A stretch of 64,000 nt of DNA from Syntrophales bacterium (GTDB lineage: Bacteria > Desulfobacterota > Syntrophia > Syntrophales > CG2-30-49-12): the NCBI GenBank assembly GCA_041648505.1, contig JBAZOY010000001.1, positions 11,795-75,794 on the forward strand. Reading direction: 5' to 3'. Position 1 is the stretch's first letter, and each line of letters begins with the position of its first letter. Below the pieces are notes generated by a model, which saw only the letters and a list, made by a program, of their open reading frames with translations, did not search any database and was not told where the DNA came from. Of this stretch, positions 26,391-38,565 are shown one piece after another. Made by a program: the position numbers and the translations under genes.

Positions 26391-26626
26391 AGCAGAAAGG
26401 AAAGGCTTTCATCATTGCCAAGGCAGGAAAGCCGCCGGTAAAAGTTTCGCCCCTATCTGAAGAAGAGCGAAAAGGCGGTGAAAAGCTGGGATTTATGGCG
26501 GGTGAGATTTCTGTTCCTGACGATTTTGATTCACTGGGGATGCCGGAGATTATGCTACTTTTCGAGAATGATATGATAGATTCAATTAAGGCGATGAAGA
26601 AGGTAATGTCTGAAGCAGTACGATGA
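26387..26626 (+). pseudogene. N-terminally truncated Phd/VapB-type antitoxin remnant (no start codon)
   Basis: The frame is open only from 26387. ...AFIIAKAGKPPVKVSPLSEEERKGGEKLGFMAGEISVPDDFDSLGMPEIMLLFE matches the C-terminal half of Phd-type antitoxins. Confidence 0.5.
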
Positions 26627-26636
26627 AAGGAAGAAA

Positions 26637-28573
26637 GTGAACCAGGATTATCTGCCAGTTTCACATACAATTTTTGAAAAAATATTCCAAAGGAGCCGTC
26701 TGAAAAGAACACTGTTCTTTTTGGTCCTGGATGCAGTTATTTTTAGCCTGGCCCTTTATGTCTCCTTTTATCTCCGCTTTGAAGGGATTATTCCAAAGAG
26801 TTTCCTGGAAAAGTTTTTTATATATCTTCTCTTATTCGTGGGCATCAAGATCGTTATTTTCTACTTTTTTCAAATCTACCGGTTTAGCTGGTCCTATGTG
26901 GGAACCTACGAACTTGTAAAGATATTTAAGGTTCAGACTCTGGGTTCATTGATTATTTCCGCCATTGTCCTGTCTCTCGCCTATGACGAACAAGAACTCT
27001 TCCGTGGTTTTCCTCGCTCAATATTCTTGATAGATTATGCCCTCTCACTCCTTATGGCTGGAGGGTTGAGGATTTCCAAACGTGTTTATCTTCAGTCCAG
27101 AAAACGCCCTGTAACTGCGCAAAAGAGGACATTGATCATCGGGGCCGGGAATGCAGGTGAACAGATTGTGAGGGATATGAAGAGGACAAAAGAATCACCT
27201 TACCTGCCGGTTGCCTTTATAGATGACGATCCTGCAAAACAGAAGGTCTCCATACACGGCGTTGAGGTTGTCGGAAGAAGAGAGCATATCCTGAAAATTT
27301 CAAAGAAGTTTGATGTGGAGTTAGCCGTTATTGCTACGCCTTCAGCTCCTTCCAGAGAGATCAGGGATATTGTCTCTTACCTTCATAAAGCAGGGATAAA
27401 TGAGATTCATATTATACCGGGCACCAGAGAGATTATGTCCAGAAATATAAGTATTCTGGATATCAAAAAGGTTGATCTGGAGGATCTGCTGGGGCGAGAA
27501 CCTGTAAAGATTGAATACAGCCAGGTAGAGGCTGATCTAAAGGGTAAGAGAATTCTGATAACAGGGGCAGGAGGCTCCATCGGTTCGGAACTTGTCAGGC
27601 AGGTTTCTCAGTTTGACCCGCAAATGCTTATACTTTTAGACTTTGATGAAACAGCTCTTTTTGATATAAACAGGGAAATAAAAGATCTTCATCCGGATCT
27701 TTCTCTTCATTCCTTACTGGGAAACATTCTGGACAGGGATAAGATGGAATCTATTTTCAGTAATTTTGTTCCCCAAATAGTGTTTCATGCCGCAGCGTAT
27801 AAACATGTTCCTATAATGGAGGATTTTCCCGATGAGGCTGTCAGGGTAAATATCATGGGGACAACTATCATGGCTGAACTTTCCCGCAAGAACGGGGCAG
27901 AGAAGTTTATCTTCATTTCTACAGACAAGGCGGTTAATCCAAGCAGTGTTATGGGTGCCAGCAAGAGAGTGGCCGAAATGGTGATAACGAACCTCAACCA
28001 CGAAGAGTCCACTAAATTTTTAGCTGTCCGTTTTGGTAACGTCGTAGGAAGTCAGGGTAGTGTTATTCCTGTATTCCAGGAACAGATTAAAAGAGGTGGC
28101 CCGGTAACCGTCACTCATCCTGATATGAAGCGTTATTTCATGACCATTCCGGAGGCAGTTCTTTTAGTCTTGCAGGCCGGCACCATGGGACAGGGCGGAG
28201 AAGTCTTTGTACTGGATATGGGTGAACCGGTGAAGATATACGATGTAGCCTGTGAACTTATAAGGCTTTCAGGCCTTGAACCATATAAGGATATACCCAT
28301 TGTTTTTAGTGGCATACGACCAGGGGAGAAACTTTACGAAGAACTTTTGACCGCGGAGGAAGGTGTTGAGTCTACCGCTCATCCCAAGATATTCAAGGCA
28401 AAAATAAAAGATTCCATATCTCGGGACATACTATTCAAAAAAATCGAAGCCTTAAAAAATTTTGCTCAACTCCAGGATAGTTCGGGAATCGTACAAACCA
28501 TCCATGAGATTATTCCTAACTATAAAGGTTATTCTACACAGACAGATCACTATGGTGGTAAGTTGAGGATATT

Positions 28574-28577
<4 letters not shown>
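26637..28577 (+). CDS. Membrane-anchored UDP-GlcNAc 4,6-dehydratase (PglF/CapD/WbpM type)
   Basis: It has four N-terminal hydrophobic spans and two Rossmann motifs ([12 protein letters not shown] and [13 protein letters not shown]). The motif is [22 protein letters not shown]. Confidence 0.85.
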
Positions 28578-30662
<2,085 letters not shown>

Positions 30663-30717
30663 AAAAGAATCTAAGTAAAAAATATCTCCTTTTTTCAACC
30701 TTTTGCAAAGGTGCCGC

Positions 30718-31434
30718 TCACGTATAAACCGGTTTAGTCTCATACGGTATGGGATCATCAACTCCAGCCAGATAGAATCCCCGAAGTCTCAGCGCACAAC
30801 TGTCACAGCACCCGCACGCTTTTTCCTCATTCTTATAGCATGACCATGTCAGGTGGAATGGTGCACACAATTCCACCCCTTTTCTCACTATTTCGGACTT
30901 CTTCATATCAATAACGGGTGTGATAATCTCAATGTGGGTCTCCGGCTTTGTTCCCAGTTCAATCAGCCTGTTAAAGGCAGTATAATATTCTTTTCTGCAA
31001 TCCGGATAGTGAGATGAGTCTTCCTCAACGGCGCCAATAAATATTTTCGTGGCGCCTATCACTTCGGCCCAACTCACTGCAATCGATATAATATTGGTAT
31101 TTCGAAAGGGCACATACGATGCAGGAATCTCCCTGCACGCAAGATCTGCCTTTGAAACCTCAATATGTTCATCTGTAAGACTTGACCCGCCGATTTGTTT
31201 AAGGTGTTCCATATTGACCACTAAACGACGGGTAACTCCGTAGTACTCAGCAACGTCATGGAACGCTTTAAACTCTCGTTTCTCTGTTTTTTGCCCATAG
31301 TTCAGATGTAGAAATGCCGTATCGTATTCCAGATTTGCTATAGCTGCCGTCACACAGCTATCCATCCCTCCGCTGACCAGGACAACGGCAAGCTCTCTAA
31401 TCACTTTTACCCCTGTTTCGCCTTGCTTTCTCAT
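30718..31434 (-). CDS. queC: 7-cyano-7-deazaguanine synthase
   Basis: Contains [12 protein letters not shown] (PP-loop) and the C-terminal Zn cluster CGCCDSC. The listed start overlaps queF by 38 nt, so a downstream GTG (31410) is possible. Confidence 0.9.
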   Translation of the reverse strand: MRKQGETGVKVIRELAVVLVSGGMDSCVTAAIANLEYDTAFLHLNYGQKTEKREFKAFHDVAEYYGVTRRLVVNMEHLKQIGGSSLTDEHIEVSKADLACREIPASYVPFRNTNIISIAVSWAEVIGATKIFIGAVEEDSSHYPDCRKEYYTAFNRLIELGTKPETHIEIITPVIDMKKSEIVRKGVELCAPFHLTWSCYKNEEKACGCCDSCALRLRGFYLAGVDDPIPYETKPVYT

Positions 31435-31828
31435 ATTTTGCTTTGACTACAGACCTCATACCGCCCCGTGTACTAAACTCACCGACGACCTCCATACCGG
31501 CAGGGTCGCATGCAGCGACTAAATCATCCAGAATCTTGTTAACTACCGCCTCATAGAAAACACCAATGTTTCTATACTCAATAAAATAATACTTGAGCGA
31601 TTTCAATTCGATGCATTTTTCAGCAGGGATGTAGTTGACAGTGATCGTCCCGAAATCCGGCAAGCCGGTTATTGGACAAACGGAGGTAAATTCCGCATTT
31701 GTGATGGTTATTGTGTACGGCCGGTGCGGATATTTATTCTCAAATGTCTCTATTCTGAAGACACCCTGTGTTTCGTCCCGACTGTTTTCTTCCACACGGC
31801 ACCTACCTTTCATTTTTGCTTTTTTCAT
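31397..31828 (-). CDS. queF: NADPH-dependent 7-cyano-7-deazaguanine reductase (type I)
   Basis: Contains [23 protein letters not shown] (catalytic Cys plus QueF motif). Confidence 0.9.
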   Translation of the reverse strand: MKKAKMKGRCRVEENSRDETQGVFRIETFENKYPHRPYTITITNAEFTSVCPITGLPDFGTITVNYIPAEKCIELKSLKYYFIEYRNIGVFYEAVVNKILDDLVAACDPAGMEVVGEFSTRGGMRSVVKAKYEKARRNRGKSD

Positions 31829-31851
31829 CTTATTCCGATTCTAAATCAAAA

Positions 31852-32496
31852 TTATACACCCCTCATTTCCAGAGGCCAGATATATTTGTGCATTTGAAGG
31901 TTAAGCCGCAAATTCAGCCTGTCCTGCAATATCCACTCGGCTAACTGAACCGGTTTCAACTCACCGAACACAACAGACATCGATACGGGACATTTCTCAT
32001 CCAGTGAATATTTGCCGATGATTTCTTTTGACCATTCATAGTCTTCCCGCGTCCCGATTACAAATTTTACTTCATCTTCAGGTGTAAGGTAGTCTATATT
32101 CCCCCAACAGTTCTTATTCACCATCTTGCTCGATGGACATTTCAAATCCATTATCCTTCTTACTCTTGAATCAACTTTGCTAATATCTAAACTGCCACCG
32201 GTCTCAAGCAAAACCTCATACCCTTCATTACAGAGCCGATCCATAAGTGCATAGACGCCTTCCTGGAGCAGAGGCTCACCTCCTGTTACCTCAATAAGTT
32301 TGCATTGATAACTCCTGACGACGTCAATAATTTCATCTGCAGTCATCTCGTTCCCTTCATAGAAAGCGTACTCGGTGTCACAATAACTACAGCGAAGATT
32401 ACAGGATGTAAGTCTCACAAACACACATGGCAAGCCCACATAAGTGGATTCTCCTTGAATGCTGTGGAAAATTTCATTGATCGTCAGCTTTGTCAT
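31852..32496 (-). CDS. queE: 7-carboxy-7-deazaguanine synthase (radical SAM)
   Basis: Contains FHSIQGES and the CNLRCSYCDT cluster motif. Confidence 0.88.
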   Translation of the reverse strand: MTKLTINEIFHSIQGESTYVGLPCVFVRLTSCNLRCSYCDTEYAFYEGNEMTADEIIDVVRSYQCKLIEVTGGEPLLQEGVYALMDRLCNEGYEVLLETGGSLDISKVDSRVRRIMDLKCPSSKMVNKNCWGNIDYLTPEDEVKFVIGTREDYEWSKEIIGKYSLDEKCPVSMSVVFGELKPVQLAEWILQDRLNLRLNLQMHKYIWPLEMRGV

Positions 32497-32538
32497 AAAA
32501 CTTTTTCAGGTGCCCATTATCCACGGCATACTCGGGGG

Positions 32539-32802
32539 TCATACCTCTAACTTCTGTTCCTTAAACCATTTGTCTCTTTCACGATCTTTATCGACCTCTA
32601 TCGCATGTTGCCCACCATCTACTTCAATTACCAGACCTCTTTCAAAACAAACAAAATCTACAATATATTTTCCAATGGGCTGTTGTCTCCTGAACTTAAG
32701 TCCTTCTAACTGTCTTGCTCTCAAATATCGCCATAATTTTTGCTCTGCGTCAGTCGACCTCTTTCTGAGATTTCTTGCTATAGTAACAGAGTTGTTGCTC
32801 AA
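32539..32802 (-). CDS. DUF559 (Vsr-like endonuclease fold) protein, apparently C-terminally truncated
   Basis: Contains ARNLRKRSTDAEQKLWRYLR...KFRRQQPIGKYIVDFVC...LVIEVDGGQH. It ends at ...KEQKLEV without the usual VLRFxN tail. TTG start. Confidence 0.6.
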   Translation of the reverse strand: MSNNSVTIARNLRKRSTDAEQKLWRYLRARQLEGLKFRRQQPIGKYIVDFVCFERGLVIEVDGGQHAIEVDKDRERDKWFKEQKLEV

Positions 32803-33023
32803 TATTTAATCACCCTCACCCTACCCCTCTCCCCTCCGAGGGAGAGGGAATCTTTCTGATTACAACACAGTTTCTCTAAAGGGAAGGGAATTTTGAAATA
32901 ACCATTTGAAACGAGAAGGAACCCAAACTATAGATGACCCGTGACGTATTCGGCAGGTGGAAATGCAGAGTGGTATGTACTTTGGGTACAGGTCTCCCCT
33001 GCCCCCACTTATACTTTACCAGT

Positions 33024-33920
33024 TTAATGGGACAGTACTATCTCCGTCCCGATCCCCATGTCTGTAAAAATTTCCAGTAGAATGGAATGTTTTAAACGGC
33101 CATCAATAATATGGGCTTTCTTTACTCCTTTTCTCAAAGCTTTAAGACAGCACTTCACCTTGGGAAACATACCGCCCATTATAAGTCCTGCATCAATCAT
33201 ATTCTTTGCTTCCACGTCATTCATCGTATTTATCAATTGTCCTTCTTCATTCATGACCCCTTCCACATCGGTCAGCAGGAGAAGCTTTTCCGCTTTTAGG
33301 GCAGCAGCCACCTCACCGGCAACAATATCGGCATTGATGTTATACGTTTCACCATTCTCCCCCACACCGGTCGGGGCAATAACGGGGATAAAACCACTTT
33401 TCACCATTGTGTAAATCAAGTCTGTATTTATTTTCGTAACCCTGCCTACCAGGCCGACATCAATGATCTCAGACGGTGTATCCTTAACTTTCTCTTCGCT
33501 CAGGATATATTTTTCCGCACGTGTCAGATTGCCGTCCTTGCCGGACATCCCTACTGCCCTGCCGCCATGCCGATTGATGAGGCCCACAATTTCCTTGTTC
33601 ACCGTCCCTGCGAGCACCATCTCTACAATGGCCATGGTCTCCTCATCAGTCACACGCATCCCCTGAACAAATTTAGAATCCTTGCCCAGTTTTTTTAAAA
33701 TATTACCGATCTGGGGACCACCGCCATGAACCAGCACAGGGTTAATCCCGATGTATTTCATCATGACCACATCTTTGGCGAATATATTCTTCAATTCGTC
33801 ATCCACCATGGCATGGCCACCGTACTTTATAACAATAGTCTTGTTGGCAAATCGCTGTATATATGGAAGGGCCTCCAGAAGGATATCGGCCCTTTCCATA
33901 GATTCCTTAACACTGCCCAT
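33024..33920 (-). CDS. argB: Acetylglutamate kinase
   Basis: Contains [29 protein letters not shown] and [12 protein letters not shown]. Confidence 0.92.
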   Translation of the reverse strand: MGSVKESMERADILLEALPYIQRFANKTIVIKYGGHAMVDDELKNIFAKDVVMMKYIGINPVLVHGGGPQIGNILKKLGKDSKFVQGMRVTDEETMAIVEMVLAGTVNKEIVGLINRHGGRAVGMSGKDGNLTRAEKYILSEEKVKDTPSEIIDVGLVGRVTKINTDLIYTMVKSGFIPVIAPTGVGENGETYNINADIVAGEVAAALKAEKLLLLTDVEGVMNEEGQLINTMNDVEAKNMIDAGLIMGGMFPKVKCCLKALRKGVKKAHIIDGRLKHSILLEIFTDMGIGTEIVLSH

Positions 33921-33993
33921 TTATACCTCTTTACGATTGATGAGTTATTATTGTAACTGCCCGGGAGTCAGATTGTCGGTTGTCTTTTCATTC

Positions 33994-34052
<59 letters not shown>

Positions 34053-34059
34053 TCATTTA

Positions 34060-34920
34060 CTATTTCTTCTGTAAGTCGCCTACGCCTATAAATGGTACTG
34101 CCCCAGCACCTGTAACCTGCGGGAGAATTCCGTTCCATTTGTTTATAGCCATGATATTGGCTTCTACCTTTCTAAGCTCTATAAGGTCTAATGAAATATT
34201 TGCCTTCTGTAACCTCAAGGACTCTGCCTCTGCCCTGGCTGCTGTAATCTTCTGTTCTGCCTCTATCTTTATCCTCTCCAGGTCCCGCTGTGCCTTCATC
34301 GCAAGCTGTTCTGCCGTCTGCTTTGACTCAATGGCCTCCATAAATATTTTGGAGAAGCTGAAACCGACGATAGAGAATGCATCAACTGCTATGTTGTGGG
34401 TCAAGAGCCTTTCCGTAAGGGTTGATTTCATTGCGTCGCTTACCGCCGACCTCTTTGTGATAAGCTCTTCTGCAGTGTACCTGGCGGTAACAGCCTTTAC
34501 CACCTCCTGCACCGCAGGGTCTATGATTCGCTCTTTAAACTCTATGCCAATGCTCTGATAGACAATATTTGCCTTACTAGGAACTATGTGATAGTTAATC
34601 GCAACAGTAGAGCTTACATCCTGAAGGTTGGATGATGCAGCAGCTGCATCAGTCGTTGCCTTCTGAACCTTGACATCCATCAGAACAATTTGCTGCATTA
34701 CAGGTATCCTCAGGTGCAGTCCTTCTCCCAGCACATCTTTCTGAACAGCACCAAAATTAAGAAGGATACCTCTTTCACCCGGACCGATCTGAACCCATGG
34801 CCTAAAAAACACGAAAACCACCAGAATTACTCCTATAATTATTATAAGCTTTTTAGCTCCCCCTTTCTTCATTGCAGACTGCACTGCCTCCTTAGCCCTG
34901 TGAATATCTCTTTCATCCAT
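34060..34920 (-). CDS. SPFH/Band-7 (prohibitin/HflC-like) membrane protein
   Basis: It has an N-terminal TM segment (LIIIIGVILVVFVFF) followed by GERGILLNFGAV...LHLRIPVMQQIV and a C-terminal coiled coil. Confidence 0.85.
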   Translation of the reverse strand: MDERDIHRAKEAVQSAMKKGGAKKLIIIIGVILVVFVFFRPWVQIGPGERGILLNFGAVQKDVLGEGLHLRIPVMQQIVLMDVKVQKATTDAAAASSNLQDVSSTVAINYHIVPSKANIVYQSIGIEFKERIIDPAVQEVVKAVTARYTAEELITKRSAVSDAMKSTLTERLLTHNIAVDAFSIVGFSFSKIFMEAIESKQTAEQLAMKAQRDLERIKIEAEQKITAARAEAESLRLQKANISLDLIELRKVEANIMAINKWNGILPQVTGAGAVPFIGVGDLQKK

Positions 34921-35041
34921 TATTAAACTACCTCCCCTTTAATTTAGAGGCTGCTAAGCAACCCCGGTGTTTGGCCCTCTCAGTCTTAAGTCATGAATCG
35001 GATGTCAAGAAACGAGACGTATGACTGATTTTGTATAGGGC

Positions 35042-36427
35042 TTACAGGATGTACCTGCTTAAGTCTTCATCTTCAACAATATCTTCCAGTCTTTCCCTCA
35101 CATAATCAGCGTCAATGACCACTTCTCCTTTTTCCATCTCCGGAGCATCAAAGGAGATTTCTTCCAGCAGGGTCTCCATAATAGTATAAAGCCTCCTGGC
35201 CCCGATATTTTCTGTCTTTTCATTGACCACTACCGCCACTTCTCCAATTTCAGCAATTGCATCGTCCTTGAAAACCAGATCAACCCCTTCCGTTGCCATC
35301 ATCTCTATATACTGTTTAATAAGGGCATTATGTGGTTCCGTGAGAATTCTTATAAATTCTTCTTTCCCAAGGGAATCCAACTCCACCCTGATGGGGAAAC
35401 GCCCCTGAAGCTCAGGAATGAGATCGGACGGTTTTGAAGCGCTGAATGCGCCGGCAGCGATAAAGAGAATATGATCCGTCCTGACCATACCGTATCTTGT
35501 ATTGACGGCAGATCCTTCCACAATCGGCAAAAGGTCCCTCTGAACACCTTCCCTGGACACATCAGGACCTTGTGAAGAATTACTTCCCACGATCTTGTCA
35601 ATCTCGTCGAGGAAGATGATGCCGGATTGTTCCACTCTTTCAATGGCTGTCCTGGTTACCTTTTCCATATCTACAAGTTTCTGGGCCTCCTCGCTCTCCA
35701 GAAGCTCCAGGGCATCTGAAACCTTGGCTCTGGTGCTTTTCTTTCTCTGGGGAAACATATTCCCAAACACCTCTTTGATATTCAGGCCCATATCCTCAAC
35801 ACCGGAAGAAGAAAATATCTCAATCATAGGACCGGTTTTTATATCTGCTACTTCTATATCCACAAAACGGTTATCCAATTTGCCGTCATGAAGGAGGCGA
35901 CGTAGTTTTTCACGCGTCGTATCACTCTCTTTCTTTTCAATTTCAAACTGCTCTGAATCCTTCTCGACAATCATATCTCTAGACTTACTTTCTTTGAGAG
36001 GAAGGAGGATATCTAAAATTCTTTCCTCTGCAATTTCGGCTGCCCTCTCCTTCACATTCTCCTGTTCTTCCGATTTGACCATATTCAGCGACAATTCCAC
36101 GATATCACGCACCATGGATTCTACATCTCTACCCACATAACCTACCTCAGTAAACTTTGATGCCTCAATTTTTAAAAAGGGAGAATTATCGAGTTTTGCC
36201 AGTCTACGAGCGATCTCTGTCTTTCCCACCCCTGTCGGACCGATCATGATGATGTTCTTCGGAGATATTTCTTCTGCAAGCTCAGGGGAAACATTCTGAC
36301 GTCTCCAGCGGTTCCTCAACGCAATAGCAACTGCCCGTTTAGCATCATCCTGACCTATTATGTACTGATCCAGCTTTTCTACAATCTCCCTCGGTGTTAA
36401 CTGATTTGACGGCATATAAATTTTCAC
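35042..36427 (-). CDS. hslU: ATP-dependent protease ATPase subunit HslU
   Basis: Contains [34 protein letters not shown] and [15 protein letters not shown]. Confidence 0.95.
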   Translation of the reverse strand: MKIYMPSNQLTPREIVEKLDQYIIGQDDAKRAVAIALRNRWRRQNVSPELAEEISPKNIIMIGPTGVGKTEIARRLAKLDNSPFLKIEASKFTEVGYVGRDVESMVRDIVELSLNMVKSEEQENVKERAAEIAEERILDILLPLKESKSRDMIVEKDSEQFEIEKKESDTTREKLRRLLHDGKLDNRFVDIEVADIKTGPMIEIFSSSGVEDMGLNIKEVFGNMFPQRKKSTRAKVSDALELLESEEAQKLVDMEKVTRTAIERVEQSGIIFLDEIDKIVGSNSSQGPDVSREGVQRDLLPIVEGSAVNTRYGMVRTDHILFIAAGAFSASKPSDLIPELQGRFPIRVELDSLGKEEFIRILTEPHNALIKQYIEMMATEGVDLVFKDDAIAEIGEVAVVVNEKTENIGARRLYTIMETLLEEISFDAPEMEKGEVVIDADYVRERLEDIVEDEDLSRYIL

Positions 36428-37038
36428 TCCTTATTCTTTTTCCTCATTTCTTTTCCCTTACCATTATTACTACTAACCTTTACCTTCGGTTCCGTTTCCT
36501 CGTCTATATCCAGCTCCTCAATGGTAATTCTGTCGTTGGTATATATGCAAATCCCTGCGGCAATCTTTATCGCTTCTTCTGCAATTTCTGTTGCCGTTAG
36601 ATCAGAGTATCTAACCAGGGCCCGGGCCGCAGCTAATGCATAAGGGCCTCCAGACCCTATTGCCAATAAATTGTCATCTGATTCGATAACATCTCCGTTG
36701 CCGGAAATGATGAGAAAATATTCTCTACTTACGGCAATCATCAAGGCCTCCAGGTGCCTTAAGACCCTGTCTGTTCTCCAATCCTTGGTCAGCTCAACCG
36801 CCGCTCTCAAAAGGTTACCGTTGTACTGTTCCAGTTTCTGATCGAACCGGTCGAAGAGAGTGAATGCATCAGCCGTTGCCCCCGCAAATCCCACAAGAAC
36901 CTGATTATGATACAAACGGCGAACCTTTCTGGCCCCATGTTTCATAACAGTAACATCGAGGGTAACCTGACCATCCCCCGCTATCGTGACTTTCCCCTTA
37001 TGCCTGACAGCTAATATAGTAGTTCCCCTTATCTTCAT
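36424..37038 (-). CDS. hslV: ATP-dependent protease subunit HslV, with a ~25-aa acidic-then-lysine-rich C-terminal extension
   Basis: [22 protein letters not shown] provides the N-terminal Thr after Met processing. The tail ...[31 protein letters not shown] extends beyond the usual ~175-180 aa. Confidence 0.92.
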   Translation of the reverse strand: MKIRGTTILAVRHKGKVTIAGDGQVTLDVTVMKHGARKVRRLYHNQVLVGFAGATADAFTLFDRFDQKLEQYNGNLLRAAVELTKDWRTDRVLRHLEALMIAVSREYFLIISGNGDVIESDDNLLAIGSGGPYALAAARALVRYSDLTATEIAEEAIKIAAGICIYTNDRITIEELDIDEETEPKVKVSSNNGKGKEMRKKNKE

Positions 37039-37044
37039 AAATCG

Positions 37045-38004
37045 TCAACAACCCCCTCTCGCCTTGGGGTGAGCCTTGTCGTAGACTTCCATAAGCCTGC
37101 TTATACTCACCGATGTATATTTTTGAGTAGTAGAGAGACTCTCGTGGCCAAGAAGTTCCTGAATCGACCGCAGATCGGCTCCTGCATTCATCAAGTGCGT
37201 GGCAAATGTATGCCGTAGTGTATGAGGACTGATCTTTCTATTAATCCCGGCAAGCAGGACATATTTATCGAGAATTCTGGCTACACTTCTCGTGCTTAAC
37301 CTGTTTCCTCCTCTGCCGATAAATACAGGTACTTCCGGCTCATCTTCCCCGCTTCTCAATAGTTCACTTCTTATTCCGAGATAGTCACGCATGGCCAGCA
37401 GGGCCGGCTCACCTACAGGAATAATTCTTTCCTTCCTGCCCTTCCCTCTGATCCTCAATAATCTCCTGTCAAAATCAATATCCCTCAGGTTTAAACCGGT
37501 AAGTTCGGAAAGACGGATACCTGAAGAATAAAATAACTCAATAATGGCCCTGTCCCTTAATCCAAAAGCACCCTGTTTAAAGGGAACAGCTAACAGGGCA
37601 AACATCTCATCCACAGAGAGAAAAGATGGTATATATTTGTCGGGGGGCGGTCCTTGAACCAACAGGGCAGGATTAACCTTAAGTTTCCCTTCACGCAGGA
37701 GATATTTAAAAAAAGACCTCAGGGCGGCCACCTTCCTTGAAATGGTTACCTTCTTCAACTTTGCCCTGTAGAGTGAACCTAGAAAACTCCTGATTACCTT
37801 ATAATCCACGCAGCCAAGAACTTCACCGCTGTCTTCTCCTGCTTCATGGCAAGTTTTACCCGCTGTTATATGATTCTCATCCAGGAACGCTTTAAATTGT
37901 TTTAAATCGGTTAAATAATTCTTCCTCGTATGGGGAGACAAGTTTCTCTCAATCTCCATATGCACGGCAAAATCTCTAACGGCTTTTTCCATATACCTTC
38001 GCAA
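37045..38004 (-). CDS. xerC: Tyrosine recombinase XerC/XerD
   Basis: Contains HTLRHTFATHLMNAGADLRSIQELLGHESLSTTQKYT. The conserved xerC-hslV-hslU order argues for a housekeeping role. Confidence 0.88.
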   Translation of the reverse strand: MRRYMEKAVRDFAVHMEIERNLSPHTRKNYLTDLKQFKAFLDENHITAGKTCHEAGEDSGEVLGCVDYKVIRSFLGSLYRAKLKKVTISRKVAALRSFFKYLLREGKLKVNPALLVQGPPPDKYIPSFLSVDEMFALLAVPFKQGAFGLRDRAIIELFYSSGIRLSELTGLNLRDIDFDRRLLRIRGKGRKERIIPVGEPALLAMRDYLGIRSELLRSGEDEPEVPVFIGRGGNRLSTRSVARILDKYVLLAGINRKISPHTLRHTFATHLMNAGADLRSIQELLGHESLSTTQKYTSVSISRLMEVYDKAHPKARGGC

Positions 38005-38064
38005 AGATCAAACTGCTCAGAAGCAGGTCTTCCACAACGGACCACCTGTCTGGTTAAGATTCGT

Positions 38065-38565
38065 TCACATCTTGTATTTTCCAAAATCTTCGGGGGAAAG
38101 ATTTTCCAGGAATTCCTTTAGCTTTTCTTTTTTCACGTCATCAATATCAACCATTTTTGTCCCGAAATCTATATCCCTGGATTTTTCGATAACTTTATTA
38201 TCAACGAATATTGGGGCCTTGACCCTTAAGGCAAGAGCAATAGCATCGCTGGGACGAGAATCAACGACAAGTTCAACACCATCTTTGAGCAAATGGATAC
38301 TGGCAAAAAAAGTGTTGTTCTTGAGATCGGTTATAGCAATCATCGATACATTAATTCTAAAGGTATCCAATACATCCTTGAGAAGATCATGGGTCATGGG
38401 CCTGGAAAAAGTAACCTTCTCCAGTTCCATAGCAATGGCACTAGCCTCGAAGATACCTATCCAGATAGGAATAGCATTCTTATCATGAATATCTTTCAAA
38501 ATCAAAATCGGTGTATTCGTAACCGGATCTAAAGTTAGTTCCGACACCTTCATTTCTATAAGCAT
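38065..38565 (-). CDS. Bifunctional nuclease (BFN/DUF151) family protein
   Basis: PILILKDIHDKNAIPIWIGIFEASAIAMEL and SRPSDAIALALR are family hallmarks. Confidence 0.8.
   Translation of the reverse strand: MLIEMKVSELTLDPVTNTPILILKDIHDKNAIPIWIGIFEASAIAMELEKVTFSRPMTHDLLKDVLDTFRINVSMIAITDLKNNTFFASIHLLKDGVELVVDSRPSDAIALALRVKAPIFVDNKVIEKSRDIDFGTKMVDIDDVKKEKLKEFLENLSPEDFGKYKM

Noticed and set aside
30663-30717. Bidirectional terminator between convergent fcl and queC (ACCTTTtgcAAAGGT hairpin)
   Set aside because: The stem is short (6 bp) and no U-tract follows on either strand, which is too weak to call.
32497-32560. Expected preQ1 riboswitch upstream of queE-queF-queC
   Set aside because: The 42-nt leader shows no preQ1-type stem or A-rich tail that I could recognise, and the upstream sequence is the DUF559 gene.
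37045-38004. Tyrosine recombinase as a mobile-element integrase
   Set aside because: The conserved xerC-hslV-hslU arrangement and the XerC/D-type catalytic motif indicate the housekeeping dimer-resolution enzyme. No att-like repeats or cargo lie nearby.
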